A stretch of DNA of 64,000 nucleotides from the NCBI RefSeq assembly GCF_016432865.1, contig NC_067400.1, forward strand, positions 262,136,001-262,200,000. The letters run 5' to 3'. Source of the DNA: Antechinus flavipes (Eukaryota). This document shows, one piece after another, positions 13,776-26,559 of this stretch. Every line of letters starts with the position of its first letter. Position 1 is the first letter of the stretch. The notes beneath the pieces were generated by a model that did no database searches, had not been told where the DNA came from, and saw nothing but the letters and a program-made list of their open reading frames with translations. The translations under genes and the position numbers were made by a program.

Positions 13776-14055
13776 TGAGAAAGAGAGAGTGAGAAAGGGA
13801 GAGAAGGAGAGAGGGAGAGAGAGAGAAAAAGAGGGAAAGAAAGAGGGAGGGTGAGAGAGAAAGAGGGAATAAAGAGGGAGAGAGGGAGGGAGGAAGAGAG
13901 GGAGGGAGAGAAGGAAGGAAGGAGGAAAAGAAAGAGGGAGCGAAGGAGGGAGGAAGAAAAAGGGGAAGGAAGGAGAGTGAGAGAGAGGGGAAGAGGGGGA
14001 GAGGGATAGAGAGGGGGAGGGAGAAAGGGAAGAAGAGAGGGAGGGAGAGAGAGAA
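13776..14055 (+). repeat. Polypurine (GA/GGA-rich) low-complexity tract
   Basis: About 280 nt almost entirely A/G; explains the S/L/P-rich minus-strand ORFs. Confidence 0.95.
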
Positions 14056-14804
14056 AACCGGCTAACATCCAAGATACCCTTTCCTGACCTCCACTCCAAA
14101 TGCAAATGTTGTTGCAAAAAGCACCTGGAATTACTCGTGTTATTTCCTGGCTCATTTTGTTCTTTCTCTCCCAACCTTGGTTAGCTTCCCTGGGAGTTTG
14201 GTCTTGGTCTAAAGTACAATGTCTGCTTTCAAATTTACCCTCTGGGAACTTTACCTTGAATCATTTTTTCATTAAATGAACTCTGCCCAGAATGAACCTC
14301 ATATGCAATCTACTCTTCTCTGTTTACCCTCAGAGCACCTGATTCTAACCTGCTTCTTTTGACTCTCCAATGCTGCCAGACTATTCAGTTTCCCTTGCCT
14401 TTCATGTTCTCTTGACCCTTTGAGCCTTACTGGCTTGCACAATGAAATGCCCCCCTCTCTCTACCTGCCCAAAGAATGAAGAAAAGACTGAACCACAACC
14501 AGTCTTTCGTGTCTGGGGTCGAGAGTATCATGTCTTGCTGTAGGTCCCAGGGGCTCTTCTTGGTAGGGTACCTCACACCACCTGATGCTGAAGTGTTCTT
14601 TTCATATGTGAGATTTTAATTTTCTAGCTCCATTGAAGCAGTGTGATATAGTGAGAAGAACCCGTCTGAAACCCAGCAGTCCTGGTTTTGTCCCTTTCTA
14701 GCTTTCATCCCGATGCAGCCCCTCGGCCTTCCTTTATACCCTATGCTATAGGTCACTTTGAGAAGTCTCCTTCTTCTCTTTCAGTGAACCATGTGGGTAG
14801 TGCA

Positions 14805-15015
14805 GTGGATAGAGTTCTGGGCTTGAAGTCATGAAGACCTGAGATGCTTACTAATTGTGTGGCCCTGGATAAGCCACTTAATTGCCTGCTTTTCCTCAAC
14901 AGTATCAACATAGCACCTACTTCCCTGAATTATTGTGAGAATCAAATGACAATATCTGTAAAATCTACAAAAGTGCTTAGCATAGCTTCTGGCACATATT
15001 AGGCTCTTAAGCAAT
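14805..15015 (+). mobile_element. MIR SINE
   Basis: GCAGTGGATAGAG head, core and TTGTGAGAATCAAATGA tail. Confidence 0.75.
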
Positions 15016-15559
15016 ATTTATGCCTTTCCCTTTCTTTTCCTTTCCACAGTGATTTGTCCACAGTGATTATGTGCAAGAAGCTCTAAAACTTGTCATTTGG
15101 ACATAGTAAGTGAGATGATTATTAATAACCAATGATTTGGGGAGATCCAGAGTTCCCTCCTTTTCCTAAAAGTCTTCAATATAAAAGTTCAGTCTCTTGA
15201 AGAACATTGCTGATAACTTTCTTATTCAGACCCCACCCAGGAGGAATAATTATTGTGTTGTGCCCAGGCCTGGGTGGGGCATAAATTCTTGGACTAGATT
15301 GCCCGAGGCTTGGGGAAATTTAGCAATGAATGACATAATCATAGTTCAAGTCCAACTTCTCATTTTAATATTCATTCTTTTATTATCCGTCCCAAAGAAG
15401 GACAGGTACAGAGAAATATTGGAAGAATAAAGTGGCATAAAATGAAAAAAACTGAACCAGAAAAACATGCCCCTTAGTTCCAACCAAAATCCTATCTTCT
15501 ATTTAAAACCTTTTCCATCCCTTCTAAATTCTAGTGCTCTGCCTCTATTAGTTATTTCC

Positions 15560-16085
15560 TATTTATCCTGTATATAGTGTACTTATGTCTGTTTGTTTCT
15601 CATTTCCTTGTATTGTAAGTTTCCTGGGGACTGTCTTTGATCTCATTTTATATCTCCAGATTTCAGCGCAGTGTCTGACATATAGTAAACAATAAATGTT
15701 TATTTATTGATGGATTAAGGTTGTTGATAACTTAGGTGTCTTCCTTTGAGAACTTCCTATTCATATATTTTAACCATTTATCTATTGGGAAATGGTTCTC
15801 ATTCTGATATATTTGAATAAACTATGTGATTCTTAGCATCCACTCCCTATTTTTCTATTACCCCACTATTACAACTGTGGAAGCAAAAGGATGTCACATA
15901 CAATTGAACACCATTTTATATTTTTCTTTGTTTCTTAGGTTACCAAAGCCAAAGAATGCTTACTAATGTTTAATCAATGCTTTACTCATTTATAAAGCAT
16001 ATATTAGGTACTATGTGCAAAGCACTATGCTAGGTGCTGAATGTACAAAAAGGAAAATATAACAATTCCTGCCCTCAAGAGCACG
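15560..16085. mobile_element. L2 3'-end fragments (plus ~15560-15715; minus ~15965-16085) with a small L1 piece between
   Basis: GCAGTGTCTGACATATAGTAAACAATAAATG and CTATGTGCAAAGCACTATGCTAGG..CCTGCCCTCAAG L2 termini. Confidence 0.6.
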
Positions 16086-18229
16086 TGTGGAAAATTTTAG
16101 CTTCAAGTCAGATGAAAAGGTCCCCTGGTCCTTAGGGTGCAGTGTCAAAGCAGATAAGAATGCTTCTTCTTTAAAGTCTTTTTTCCTAATAAATGATATC
16201 AGTTTTTGCTGTTGAATCACTTGACAATGCTGAAGACTTTGGCGGCAAAAACTGACTTTCCTGAGTTTTCAATAGCTGCAGTAGTCATTATTAATAATAT
16301 CTAGTCACAAACTTCTCTGTTATTATCAGACAATTTGTTGCAAAGTTGAAGCTTTCCAGCATGGTCAAATCTTATTATATAACTTTCAGAAACCCAGGGT
16401 CATCTCTGTGTTTAGATGAAGCAACATAGTAGGAGATTGATAACAATTATAAAATTATATATTATTATTGACCTATAGAGGCTAGACTGCCATTACATAT
16501 ATATTTTGTATATATGTAGGTAAGTTTATGTGGTCTGGATATTTTATTCCTAGTAGGCTGTCTTGCACATAGTAGGTGCTGACTTGTTGGTGAATTCATA
16601 GGTCAATAAAATAGGGGTTGGCTAGGAAGATTTGTATGAATGAATGTCAAGTTAAAAGAGCACAATACATTATAATTGTAATAAGCACAATATACAAAAT
16701 GGCTTTGTAAGAGACTTCTTCAAACCCTGTCTGAACTTTGGACAAGTTATCTGCTACATATAAAAAGGCTAATAGAAACAGTGAATTATCTTTGTGCCCA
16801 GACTCATCATTTCCCCTGAATCTGCTTTTTTTTTTTTTTTAATCCATTTGTCTACTGGGGAAAATGAAAGAGATTTAGGATTTGAAAATTAGGGAACTCC
16901 AAGCTATAGAGCTGTTCACTGGTTATTGGGCAAGTAAACATTACAAGGTTCAAAAATCAGCCTTCAAGATTAAATATTGAGTGTATTGGCTAATCTCCAT
17001 AAACTCCAGAGAAGCATCTGTAGGACAGCATCCTACAGAGATGAGTCAGTCTATTTATAGCAGCATACAGAGGGGCAGTCTCTGACAACCACAGAACATC
17101 ATGCACAAGATTAAGACTACAAGTCCAGCAAAGACTACAAGTTCATTGACATATAAATAAGAACAACCAATGGAAACTGTTAGACCAATGGCAGCTCTAG
17201 CAGCAGTGAGACAGATATGAGTAGCCTCTCTATATTTGCATTTGGCCAAATGTGTTTCTTATGTGTGTATTCTTCCACTTGTGCTTTCTATCAGTGAAAA
17301 ACTCTTCTCACTGATGTATTCTGTATGTGTAGGAGAGTATGACTCAGTTTTATGGGAGAGATAATTGTGGCCCTTTCATTAAATGCCTTTACTTTAAACT
17401 ACTTGTGCCGTCCAGCTGAAAGGCATCTTGATGAGTAGTAAATATAACTTTAGGGCAGAGTACCTTGAACAGAAGATAGTTGTACATTGGGGTACTTATC
17501 CTGCAAGGAGTGGGGGAACCCCTAGAACTATAACTAATAGAAAAATGAACTCTGAATAATTGAAATATCAATAATGTTTACAAAAAAAAATAATGAAACA
17601 CACTGTCCTTCTAGAAAAGACTAGAGAATGTTATGTACGTTTTCAGAATTGGTCACTGTTTTGGAGTTATTTGCTTAATCATTTTCCTTTATTAGAAAGG
17701 ATGGCTCCATTTGAATAAGGGTTGATATTTCCAAAAATAACAAGTAAAAACAAAAGGCATCAATATAATATTAAAAAATGAACAAGGTAGATTAAAATAC
17801 TTTTGTGGTTACTTCTAGATCTAAATCCTGTGAATATGGAATTTATATATAGAAAAAATAATGATATCAGTTATGAAATAATAAGTAAGACACCAAAATG
17901 GATTTCTACTGTCATGGATTACTATATTCAAAACAAAAAACATCAGTTACGGCACAGGACAGATAGAACTAAACCAATGCCCTCTTACTAAAGGGATTTC
18001 CATCAGAGTGTGGTAGTGGGCTTGCCAGAAGATTACCTTAGATTTTTGTGATTTTTGACATGGTAATCTAGAAGAACTCTGAGTTGACATGATCAAGTGT
18101 GTTTCATTTCATCCTAATCTTGATGATTCTGTTGCATATTGCTGCCTGGTAAGAAGTCAGTTGATTTGATGTATGCTAGTGTTGAAAAGAAAAATCTTTG
18201 CTTGGGCTTTCTTCCTGATTAAGAAGGCA

Positions 18230-18600
18230 AAACTCAGGACAAAGAGTATTAAAACATATTTATGAAAGTTCTTCAAGGTAGCAATACATTGGCAGGCTGA
18301 TCACTAGGGAATCAGCCATGGCTTTAAGATGGGAACAGCTTTTATTAGTAACTTCTGTAATGAGTTATGGACAATTCAGATAAGTTCACATCAGAAAAAT
18401 GGTTGGGCCAATTGAATCTCAATTCCTCCCCAAAGTAGGAGTACATGACAATTTTCTGGTACAAAATTTGGGGAATTAATTTCTGATGATGAATATCAGG
18501 TTAGACTGAATGATACCTCCCTCCCAACATTGACTGACAAGCAATTCTAGTAGCAATGGGTCACTGAGTCAGCATGTTGTTATTAATTTTCAAACAACTA
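18230..18600 (+). mobile_element. Highly decayed CR1/L3 RT fragment
   Basis: TCACTAGGGAATCAGCCATGGCTTTAAG resembles the CR1 NQHGF region. Confidence 0.45.
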
Positions 18601-18619
18601 TGTCATCACAAGCGGGTTG

Positions 18620-18780
18620 TCTTGACTTGCCCAGGAATTGAATTGAAGTGAGGCAGAGTTCCTCAAAGTTGTCAGCCTCACTGTCTCTTCCAAAGTCATT
18701 GAAGTCCAAGACAAAAGTCAATACAATCAGCAATGGCCCAGGATGCAGTAGATGACCTTGGCTTTTCTAAATTAGGGCTT
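18620..18780. mobile_element. Marsupial short interspersed repeat (same family as 34200-34378, opposite orientation)
   Basis: GAATTGAATTGAAGTGAGGCAGAG..AGCCTCACT is related to the reverse complement of 34250-34310. Confidence 0.55.
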
Positions 18781-18829
18781 TCCCAGTTCTCATTTTCCTG
18801 AGGCACTGCCAATTCAATGACAAATTGAT

Positions 18830-20110
18830 AGGTAAGAACTGGGACAAAGCTACTTCTCAGATCTGTGGAGAAAGAAGAAATTTATGGCCAAAGAAGAACA
18901 AGAGAACATTATAAAATTCAAATATGGATAATTTTGATTAGGTTACATTAAAAAGTTTTGCACAAACAAAATCAATGCAGCTAAGATTAGAAAGGAAACA
19001 GATAACTGGGGGGAAATTTTACATCCAAGAGTTCTGACAAAGGCCTCATTTCTAAAATATGCAGAAAATTGACTCAAATTTATAAGAAATCAAATCATTC
19101 TCCAATTGATAAATGGTCAAAGGATATGAACAGACAATTTTCAGATGAAGAAATTGAAACTATTTCTAGTCATATGAAAAGGTGCTCCAAATCATTATTG
19201 ATCAGAGAAATGCAAACTAAGACAACTTTGAGATACTACAACACACCTCTCTCAGATTAGCTAAGATGATAGGAAACAGTAATGACCAATAATGGAAGGA
19301 ATGTGGGAAAACTGGGGCATTTAATACATTGTCAGTGGAGTTGTAAAATCATCCAACCATTCTAGAGAGTAATTTGGAACTATTGCCAAAGAGCTATCAA
19401 ACTGTGCATACCCTTTAATCCAGCAGTATCTCTACTGAGTCTGTATCGCAAAAAGATCATAAAAGAGGGGAAAGGACTTCACATGTGCAAAAATGTTTCT
19501 AATAGCTCTTTTTGTAGTGTCAAGGAACTGAAAACTGAGTGGATACCAATCAGTTGAGGAATGGTTAAATAAATTATGATATATGGATATAATAGTATAT
19601 TATTGTTCTATGAGAAATGATCATCAGGAGGATTTCAGAAAGTCCTGGAGAAACTTACATGAACTGATGCTAAATGAAGTGAGCAGAACCAAGGGATCAT
19701 TGTACATAGCAACAACAAGATTATGTGATGATCAACTATGATAGAAGTGACTCTTTTCAACAATGAGATGATTCAGGCCAGTTCTAACAGACTTGTGATG
19801 GAAAAAGCCATCTATACCCAGAGAGAGGACTATGAGAACTGAATGTAAATCACAACATAACATTTTCACTTTTTTGTTGTTGTTTGTGTGCTTTTTTTTC
19901 CTCTCATTTTCCCCTTTGTTGATTTAATTTTTCTTTATAAATAGGTATGATATCTATTAGATTACGTGCTATTGAGGGGAGAGGAAAGATAGGAAGAGAG
20001 CGAGAAAAATTTGGAACATAAGGTTTTGCAAGGGTGAATGTTGAAAACTATCTTTATATGCATTTTGAAAATAAAAAGCTATTATCAAAATTCAAAGAAA
20101 TTTAAAAAAA
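18830..20110 (+). mobile_element. 5'-truncated L1 (ORF2 C-terminus, 3'UTR, A-tail)
   Basis: ORF 19069-19260 (IDKWSKDMNRQFSDEEI) and terminal ATGCATTTTGAAAATAAAAAGC. Confidence 0.92.
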
Positions 20111-21375
20111 ACAACTGTGTCAAAAGCATACTCAATTTACATGCACAAAATATCATTCTGGGAGGGAAAGACTCTTAGAGTTTCTGACTAGAACAGAAAA
20201 CAATTGCTATTTACACAACAAAACCTAAACAATCCCAAGACAGCATAACTTTTTTTGGGGAGGGGAAGGGAGAGTTATAAAATATAATTTTATTTTATGT
20301 TACTTTGCTTTTATATAGGGCATAATATTTTCATAAGCCTTTTTTGGAGACTTTAATCAATGATTAACAATACACAATGGTGTTTCAAATATTCTAAGTA
20401 ACACTCACTGGACAAACATGACACCTCTCACATGTGCACAAATCTACATGGAAATTGTATTAAAAATGTTAGGTCTGAATTCATGTATTCCAATGGTTTT
20501 CCTCATTTTATTGTATTAAGAAGTGGCATGCACTTTAATTTACAAAAAAGCAATAGTTGTATTCTGGTAGTTATATGTTATTTCTATTACATAGTAATGT
20601 GGACACCAGAACTAGAAAGGCAGCAATGTGAATGAACTTTGAAAAGGAAAAATTGTCAAATGAAACAGCAGCCACTGAAGAATGAGAAAACTTTGTGTAA
20701 CATACCTTTCAATACTAACACTTTATGCTCTTTGAAATCAGCCTTGCTTAATTTTTCCTCATAAAAATCAAATACACTTACTGTGTTCCATCAATAAGAT
20801 AAAAATGACATTACAATTTAAATTAATTCGTGTTTAATAGTAGGACTAAAGTTTGCTCAAAATGGTCAGGGTTAGTGAGAAATCTTTTAGATGCAAGTTG
20901 AATACTTATTTAATGCCACATCACTCAAACTACCAAAGAATTACTTCATAGAATTAGACCAAATGATAATGAAATTCACTTTATGGGACAAAGATTTTTT
21001 TAAAAATCTCAAAGAAAATGATGAAAAAAGTGAGAATGGTAGTAGTTTTAAAATAGCCGTGGATATACAAAGTAAGGCAAAGAACAAGGTTCCTGCCCTC
21101 AAGGATTCAAATGGAAGAAGGAAAGAAACAAATACTTATTAATCACCTACCATATTCTGGATGTTGGTGTTTTGTTTTTTTGTTTTGATCCTCAAAACAG
21201 TCCTGGTAAGTAAGTGCTACTATAAAGTTGAGGAAACTGAAAAAGCAGAGGTTAAGTGACACAACTAATGAGTGACTGAGGCTGCATCAGAACTCAGGCC
21301 TTCCTGATTCCATCTTCCCTTCCCCCACTGTCTAAAATGGAAAACAGGCAGATGACTATGTAAAAACAAACTATT

Positions 21376-21729
21376 GTGAAAATGGATATCTTGAGATTCT
21401 CGGCCTCCTCAGCTGTCCCAGTAGCCAGAAGCACTGGATGAACACTGTCTCTGTTGGTTTGATGTACCAACAATCCTCTGCAGTGACCTAGAGTAAACCC
21501 ATAGGGACTTGGAGAAAATCTCTATCTCTGAAGCCAATTAATCCCGTATCAGCTTTGAAGCAGACCCTGAGTCATCTGGTGATTTATGGACCTTTAAGAA
21601 ACATTCTAATCTGCCGAGACTTCCTGCTTTACATCCCTTTATATTATTATTTGTGCTCAGGCCTTGACGTGTCAGACTGATTTGTGTATTAAAGGACCAC
21701 ATATCTAACACCTGGGATTCCTTACTCCC
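21376..21729. mobile_element. Probable LTR fragment
   Basis: TG start, LTR-like composition, abutting a second LTR; family not recognised. Confidence 0.4.
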
Positions 21730-22480
21730 TGTTGAAATACACTCTTGACACTGAAAATTGGATATGGAGGAAAATTTATTAAAGAAGGCTCTTAAGGAAT
21801 CATCCTAACGTTTCCAGCCAGAAGCGGCACTTTCCTCTTCAGGAAGAGGGAGTACTGGGTACAGAAGTGGGGGAACCTTTATACTTGCTCCTGACGTAGC
21901 TCCTCCCTTCAGAGAACAGATTGGTCTGTTTTATCCAGGTTACAGCCTTTCTGATACACCCATTATATGTTTCTTCTTAATAAAATATGCCCTTCCCCCC
22001 CATATATCCCATGTTCAAAAATGGCAGAAAACTCCTCCTCTGGGATGTGTTGTTTAATATTCAGTTAGCCTATTAAGCAGGGACAGAGTGATTTGGTCAA
22101 GTCATGTCGTTGACCCCAACTAGTTTGGGCTACATGGGCTATTACCTTAAATTTGTGGTTTAATTGGCTGAATCTACCTGTGCCTTCCTGGCCCCCCAAT
22201 TTCTTGTTTGCTCATGGCTTCTATTGATCACTTAATTATTCTGTGGAATCTTAATCTTCCTTAACTTCTTATATTCTGAATATCTCTTGATCATTAGTAC
22301 CCACTATTCATACTACCTTGAAGCTTGTAATACTCTTTGGAAACCCACTTTTCAACATTCTCATACTCCTCTCCTGAATCTTCCCTTCCTTGGGAATGGG
22401 AACTGACTATTTCTGCTCCTTTATCCTCAATTTCCCTGAATTCCTTTGTTTGAAAAATATAAATATCTCGTGCTTTCTAA
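21730..22480 (-). mobile_element. ERV 3' internal segment plus short 3' LTR (copy A)
   Basis: On minus: TATAAA, AATAAA and terminal ..TTTCAACA at 21730; homologous to 23150-24027. Confidence 0.8.
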
Positions 22481-23099
22481 TTGGGTCTTGACAATATCAC
22501 TTTGTTCCAGTTTGCAAGCTTCTTCTCAGTCAAATAAATGCATTTATAATCTGTGTAAACTATGGTCAAACTCCAGGTTCACCCTTTTGGATTTGGGGTT
22601 TTTCTTTAACACTATATAGAGTACAATGGGAGGTAAACTTAAAGCAAAGGCACTAGAGATGGAAGGTGGGGAAGATTAGAATAGAACAGTGGCAAAGACT
22701 TTTTGCTTTAGAATGGGGAAAAGTAAAGTAAATTTGTAAAATTGTGTTTCCACAGTTGGAAAAACTCAAAATAAATCTTGACCAGTTCTAATACTGAGCC
22801 AAATTTATTAGATGCCAATGTAAGAAAAGAAGGTTTTAAATCAACAGGAATCCTTGTGAGGAATGGTGAGAGGATAAGGCTCTGTTTCCACAGATGCTAT
22901 AACTTGGCAACAAGAATAAGGAACTGAGGGCAGTCAACCCAGTGGTCTGTATTATCTTGGCCAACAGTAATTAAAAAACCCACAAGACATGACAAACATT
23001 CAATCCCGTCCCAGATTCAAACTTCAGTCACAGTGCTCTTGCTACTGCCCATGCTTAATTAGCCTTATTAACATCGCTTCTCCTCTCCAGGAGCTTAGG

Positions 23100-24027
23100 C
23101 TGCATTAATAAAACATGGAGATATGATTGGTTTGGGGGGGAGGGGGAACATATTAAGGAGTGTATGGAGTGGGAATGTAATGAAACATGGGGCCTCTGAA
23201 GAATCTCCTCCAATAGAAACTCTGCAAAGGAGAAAGAGGAGTTAGAGTGGGATTATAAGGTATAACTGATGGTTCTGTTGTCTGTGAATTGTGTGTGAAC
23301 TCATCTGGACTTTCCACACCTGCTTCCTGTAGTAGCCTATTGTGAGAAATACTGAAAAGTTGGATTTCCACAGTGTTGCACTCTTCTAGGTAGTGTGGGA
23401 TAGTAGGTATCACTGACCAAAAGGTTTTCAGAAAGTGAAAGGTTAAAAAAGGTTAAGGTTCAACAGAACAAGTAAGTGATCAATAGAAATCTTGAGTGAA
23501 CAAAGAATGGCTGGGGGGGGGGGGGGGAGGGCAGGTGGATTCAACCAATCAGAAAGAATCTTGTGGTTTTTGGAAAAAAAAAAACCCAAAAAGATTATAG
23601 CCCATCCAGCCCAAACTAGTTGGGGGTCAATGACCTGAGTTGACCAAATCTCTGTGACTGCTTAATAGGCTAATTGAATATTAAACAACACACCCCACAG
23701 GAGGAGTTTTCTGTCATTTTCTAGATGGGATGTATGATTGGTTGGGGGGGGGGACCATGTTGATACATATTTAAGGGGAAATATGTAGTGAGCATATCAG
23801 AAAAATTGTGAGCTGGAAGGGAATAGATCAATCTAATCTTGGAAGGGAGGTACTATGCTACACTAGCAAATATAAAGGTTCTCCCACTTCTGTGCTTGGG
23901 GTTCCCTCTTTCCGAAGAGGAGTGGGACCTGCTTCTGGCCAGAAACGTTAAGACAATTCCACAAGATTCTTCTTTAATAAATTTTCCTCCATGTCTGATT
24001 TTCAGTGTCAAGAGTGTATTTCTAACA
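23100..24027 (+). mobile_element. ERV 3' internal segment, PPT and short 3' LTR (copy B)
   Basis: PPT-like AAGGGGAAATA then TGTAG (~23794), TATAAA, AATAAA, ends ..TTTCTAACA at 24027. Confidence 0.8.
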
Positions 24028-24806
24028 CTATTAAATGTTTAAATTGCTTCACTTATACAGAGTTTGTTTATTCACTGCACCCTTTGGGGGTTCAGAATAC
24101 TGTTTCGAACAGAAAGAATTTGGGGAAAGTCTTGAAGGAAGCCAGGGAACTGGTGTTACTATAACTCAAACTCTAAAATAAAGCAAAAATCATCAGGTGG
24201 TTCAGGTTAAAAAATAGAAAAGTTCATCAATATAACAAACTAGATAGGCAAAACTCAGACGTAATCATCTGTTAATCAATCAATAAGCATTTATTAAATT
24301 TCAGGCAGGGTGCTTGGGACTGGGGATATGTCCAATTGAAAATTGATTTTAATTCTATTTTTAAGATTTAGTCAAGTTGGCATAGGTAAATATATCTCCA
24401 AATCTCCAAAGGTAAATATATCCAAATCTCTTTCCTTTACAACTTCACCCTTTACCTACATTCTGGAGAAACTTGCCTTTAGATCAAGCTTTTATCTATA
24501 ACTACATTTAACATTTATTCAAATAGCTTCAGGTCATTTAGTCTCATTTCTAATGTTTTATTCTGTTTGTCCACTCTTGGTACAATTCACTTTTGTAATC
24601 TTATGGAACCACCCAAATATAAATTCTTTGCTAATCTCACCTACCCCCCAACTAGAGAATTACTGCCATCTTCTAGAGGAAATAATGCGTAGGAACTAAA
24701 GTGACACTTAACCCACCTCCTTATTAAAATGTCTGTTAATTGGATCTTCTTACCTTTGCAAGGGGGATATATAAATGATTTCTTGTCTGGCTATTAAGAC
24801 TCAACT

Positions 24807-25230
24807 AGATTTAAAAGTCCCTGTTAGCCTTATGTGGGATGTAGAAGATCCTTACCCAAAATGACTACTCAGAGATCACTCAGTAGAAAGCAGAAAAGTT
24901 GCTTAGTAAAACTTCCAGAGGATGAGCCGTCCCATAACGACATAAGAAAGAGAAAGCTCGCGGTAGGAGACTCAAGAAGTAGTAAAGATACACAGCTTTT
25001 ATATAAGAGATTACATCACAAGTAAGAGAGCATTGAGAAGGGGAGGGGAAGGATCTAATTGGTTGTTCCTATCCGGAGAGGTTGGAATGGAAGATTTCTG
25101 TTTCCCCAAAATCACCTGATTTCTAGAAAACAGAAAATCAGGCCTTCAGGCTTCAAATAATTAAACAGACAGTGGTCAAGCTAATAGACTAAATATCGAT
25201 AAATATCAAATACTGATAAATGTCATCAGC
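24807..25230 (-). mobile_element. Probable solo LTR
   Basis: TGTTAG terminus, TATA-like CTTTTATAT on plus, CCAAT on minus; LTR-like layout. Confidence 0.5.
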
Positions 25231-25459
25231 TCAGGTTAAGTAAATATGTTTATAGCTGGCCAAGGCTCAAGTAAATATGGGTCTGCATATATTATACAGG
25301 TCATAGGGGAAACACAGAAATAATGAAAATAAAATACAGAAAAAGAATTCACATATTCCTGTAAGTTCTTCACCTTATCTCTCTCTTCCACACAGCCTCC
25401 ACTCAGAGTCTGGTCATTTAGAGAAACTATTGACCCAATTAATTGGTTACTACTTTTGT

Positions 25460-25690
25460 TCATTTATTTCATTTGGTGTGACTTTCTAACTCCATTTGGG
25501 ATTTTTGCAGCAAAGATACTAGAATGGTTTCCCATTTCCTTTTTCAGCTCAGTTTATAAATGAAGAAACTGAGGTAAACATGGTTAATCAACTTGCCCAG
25601 AGTCACAAAGGTAGTAAGTATCTGAGTCTATATTTGAACTCAGGTCTTCTTGACTCCAGACCTGACATTCTGTGCAAATTAACTGCCTTC
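25460..25690 (-). mobile_element. Mar1 CORE-SINE
   Basis: GAAGAAACTGAGG..CTTGCCCAGAGTCAC..TTTGAACTCAGG. Confidence 0.8.
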
Positions 25691-26559
25691 TAAACAATAC
25701 CTGTCATTTAACTCAGACACCACTGCTGGATTTATATTCTAGACATGTCAGTGACAAGGGGAAAGATCTGTATACACAAAAACCTTGATAGCAACATGTG
25801 TTGAATTAAAAAGAACTAGAAAGAAAGCAAGAATCCATTGCTTGGATAATGACTTCTGATTGTCTTTTAATGCTGTTATATTTTAAGAAACAATACAAAA
25901 ACAAATTTTTTAAAAAGTATGTATATAAAGAATACAGAGAAATTTAAGATTTATAGCATGATAAGAATGAAGTAATCAGAACACAGTGAATTTACATAAT
26001 GACCATAGTGATATAAAGAAAAATAATACAACAAGACAGCAGGATTTTGTGGGACCAAGATGGGAGAGAGGGTTCTGAAGAAGAATTAGATCTCCAACTA
26101 TGTTACAAAACTAGAATTCTCAAAACAATTTGGCACTGGCTTAAAAAATAGATCCCTCAGTGAACACATTAACTATATAATATATTGAAGGGGAAAAAAA
26201 AAACTGGTAGCCTCCAGCTACTGGGATAAGAGCATATTGTTTGATTAAAAACTGCTGGGACAATTGGACAGTAGGATGGAAAAAATTAGGTTTAAATCAT
26301 CAGTTCGGAGCTTATACCTATATAAACTTCAAATGAACCAGCACAAATGTGAAGTAGAAATTAAAGAGAGAAACAAGGAAGAATGTATTCAGTAGATCTT
26401 TAAATGAAGAAGAGTTCATCAACCAAAAATCAAAATGATTACAGAAAATAAAATAGATAATTTTGATAATGCAAAATATATTTTAGTATTTTCATAAATA
26501 AAAATAATAAATAAATTCACAAAAAATAACATTACTTCAGAAAACTGACAGGGAAGATC

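Noticed and set aside
13730-14174. 135-141 aa ORFs
   Set aside because: Artefacts of the GA-rich low-complexity tract.
17055-17249. Hydrophobic 64-aa ORF resembling a membrane protein
   Set aside because: TTG start, no recognisable family or convincing splice context, and it overlaps the motif cluster.
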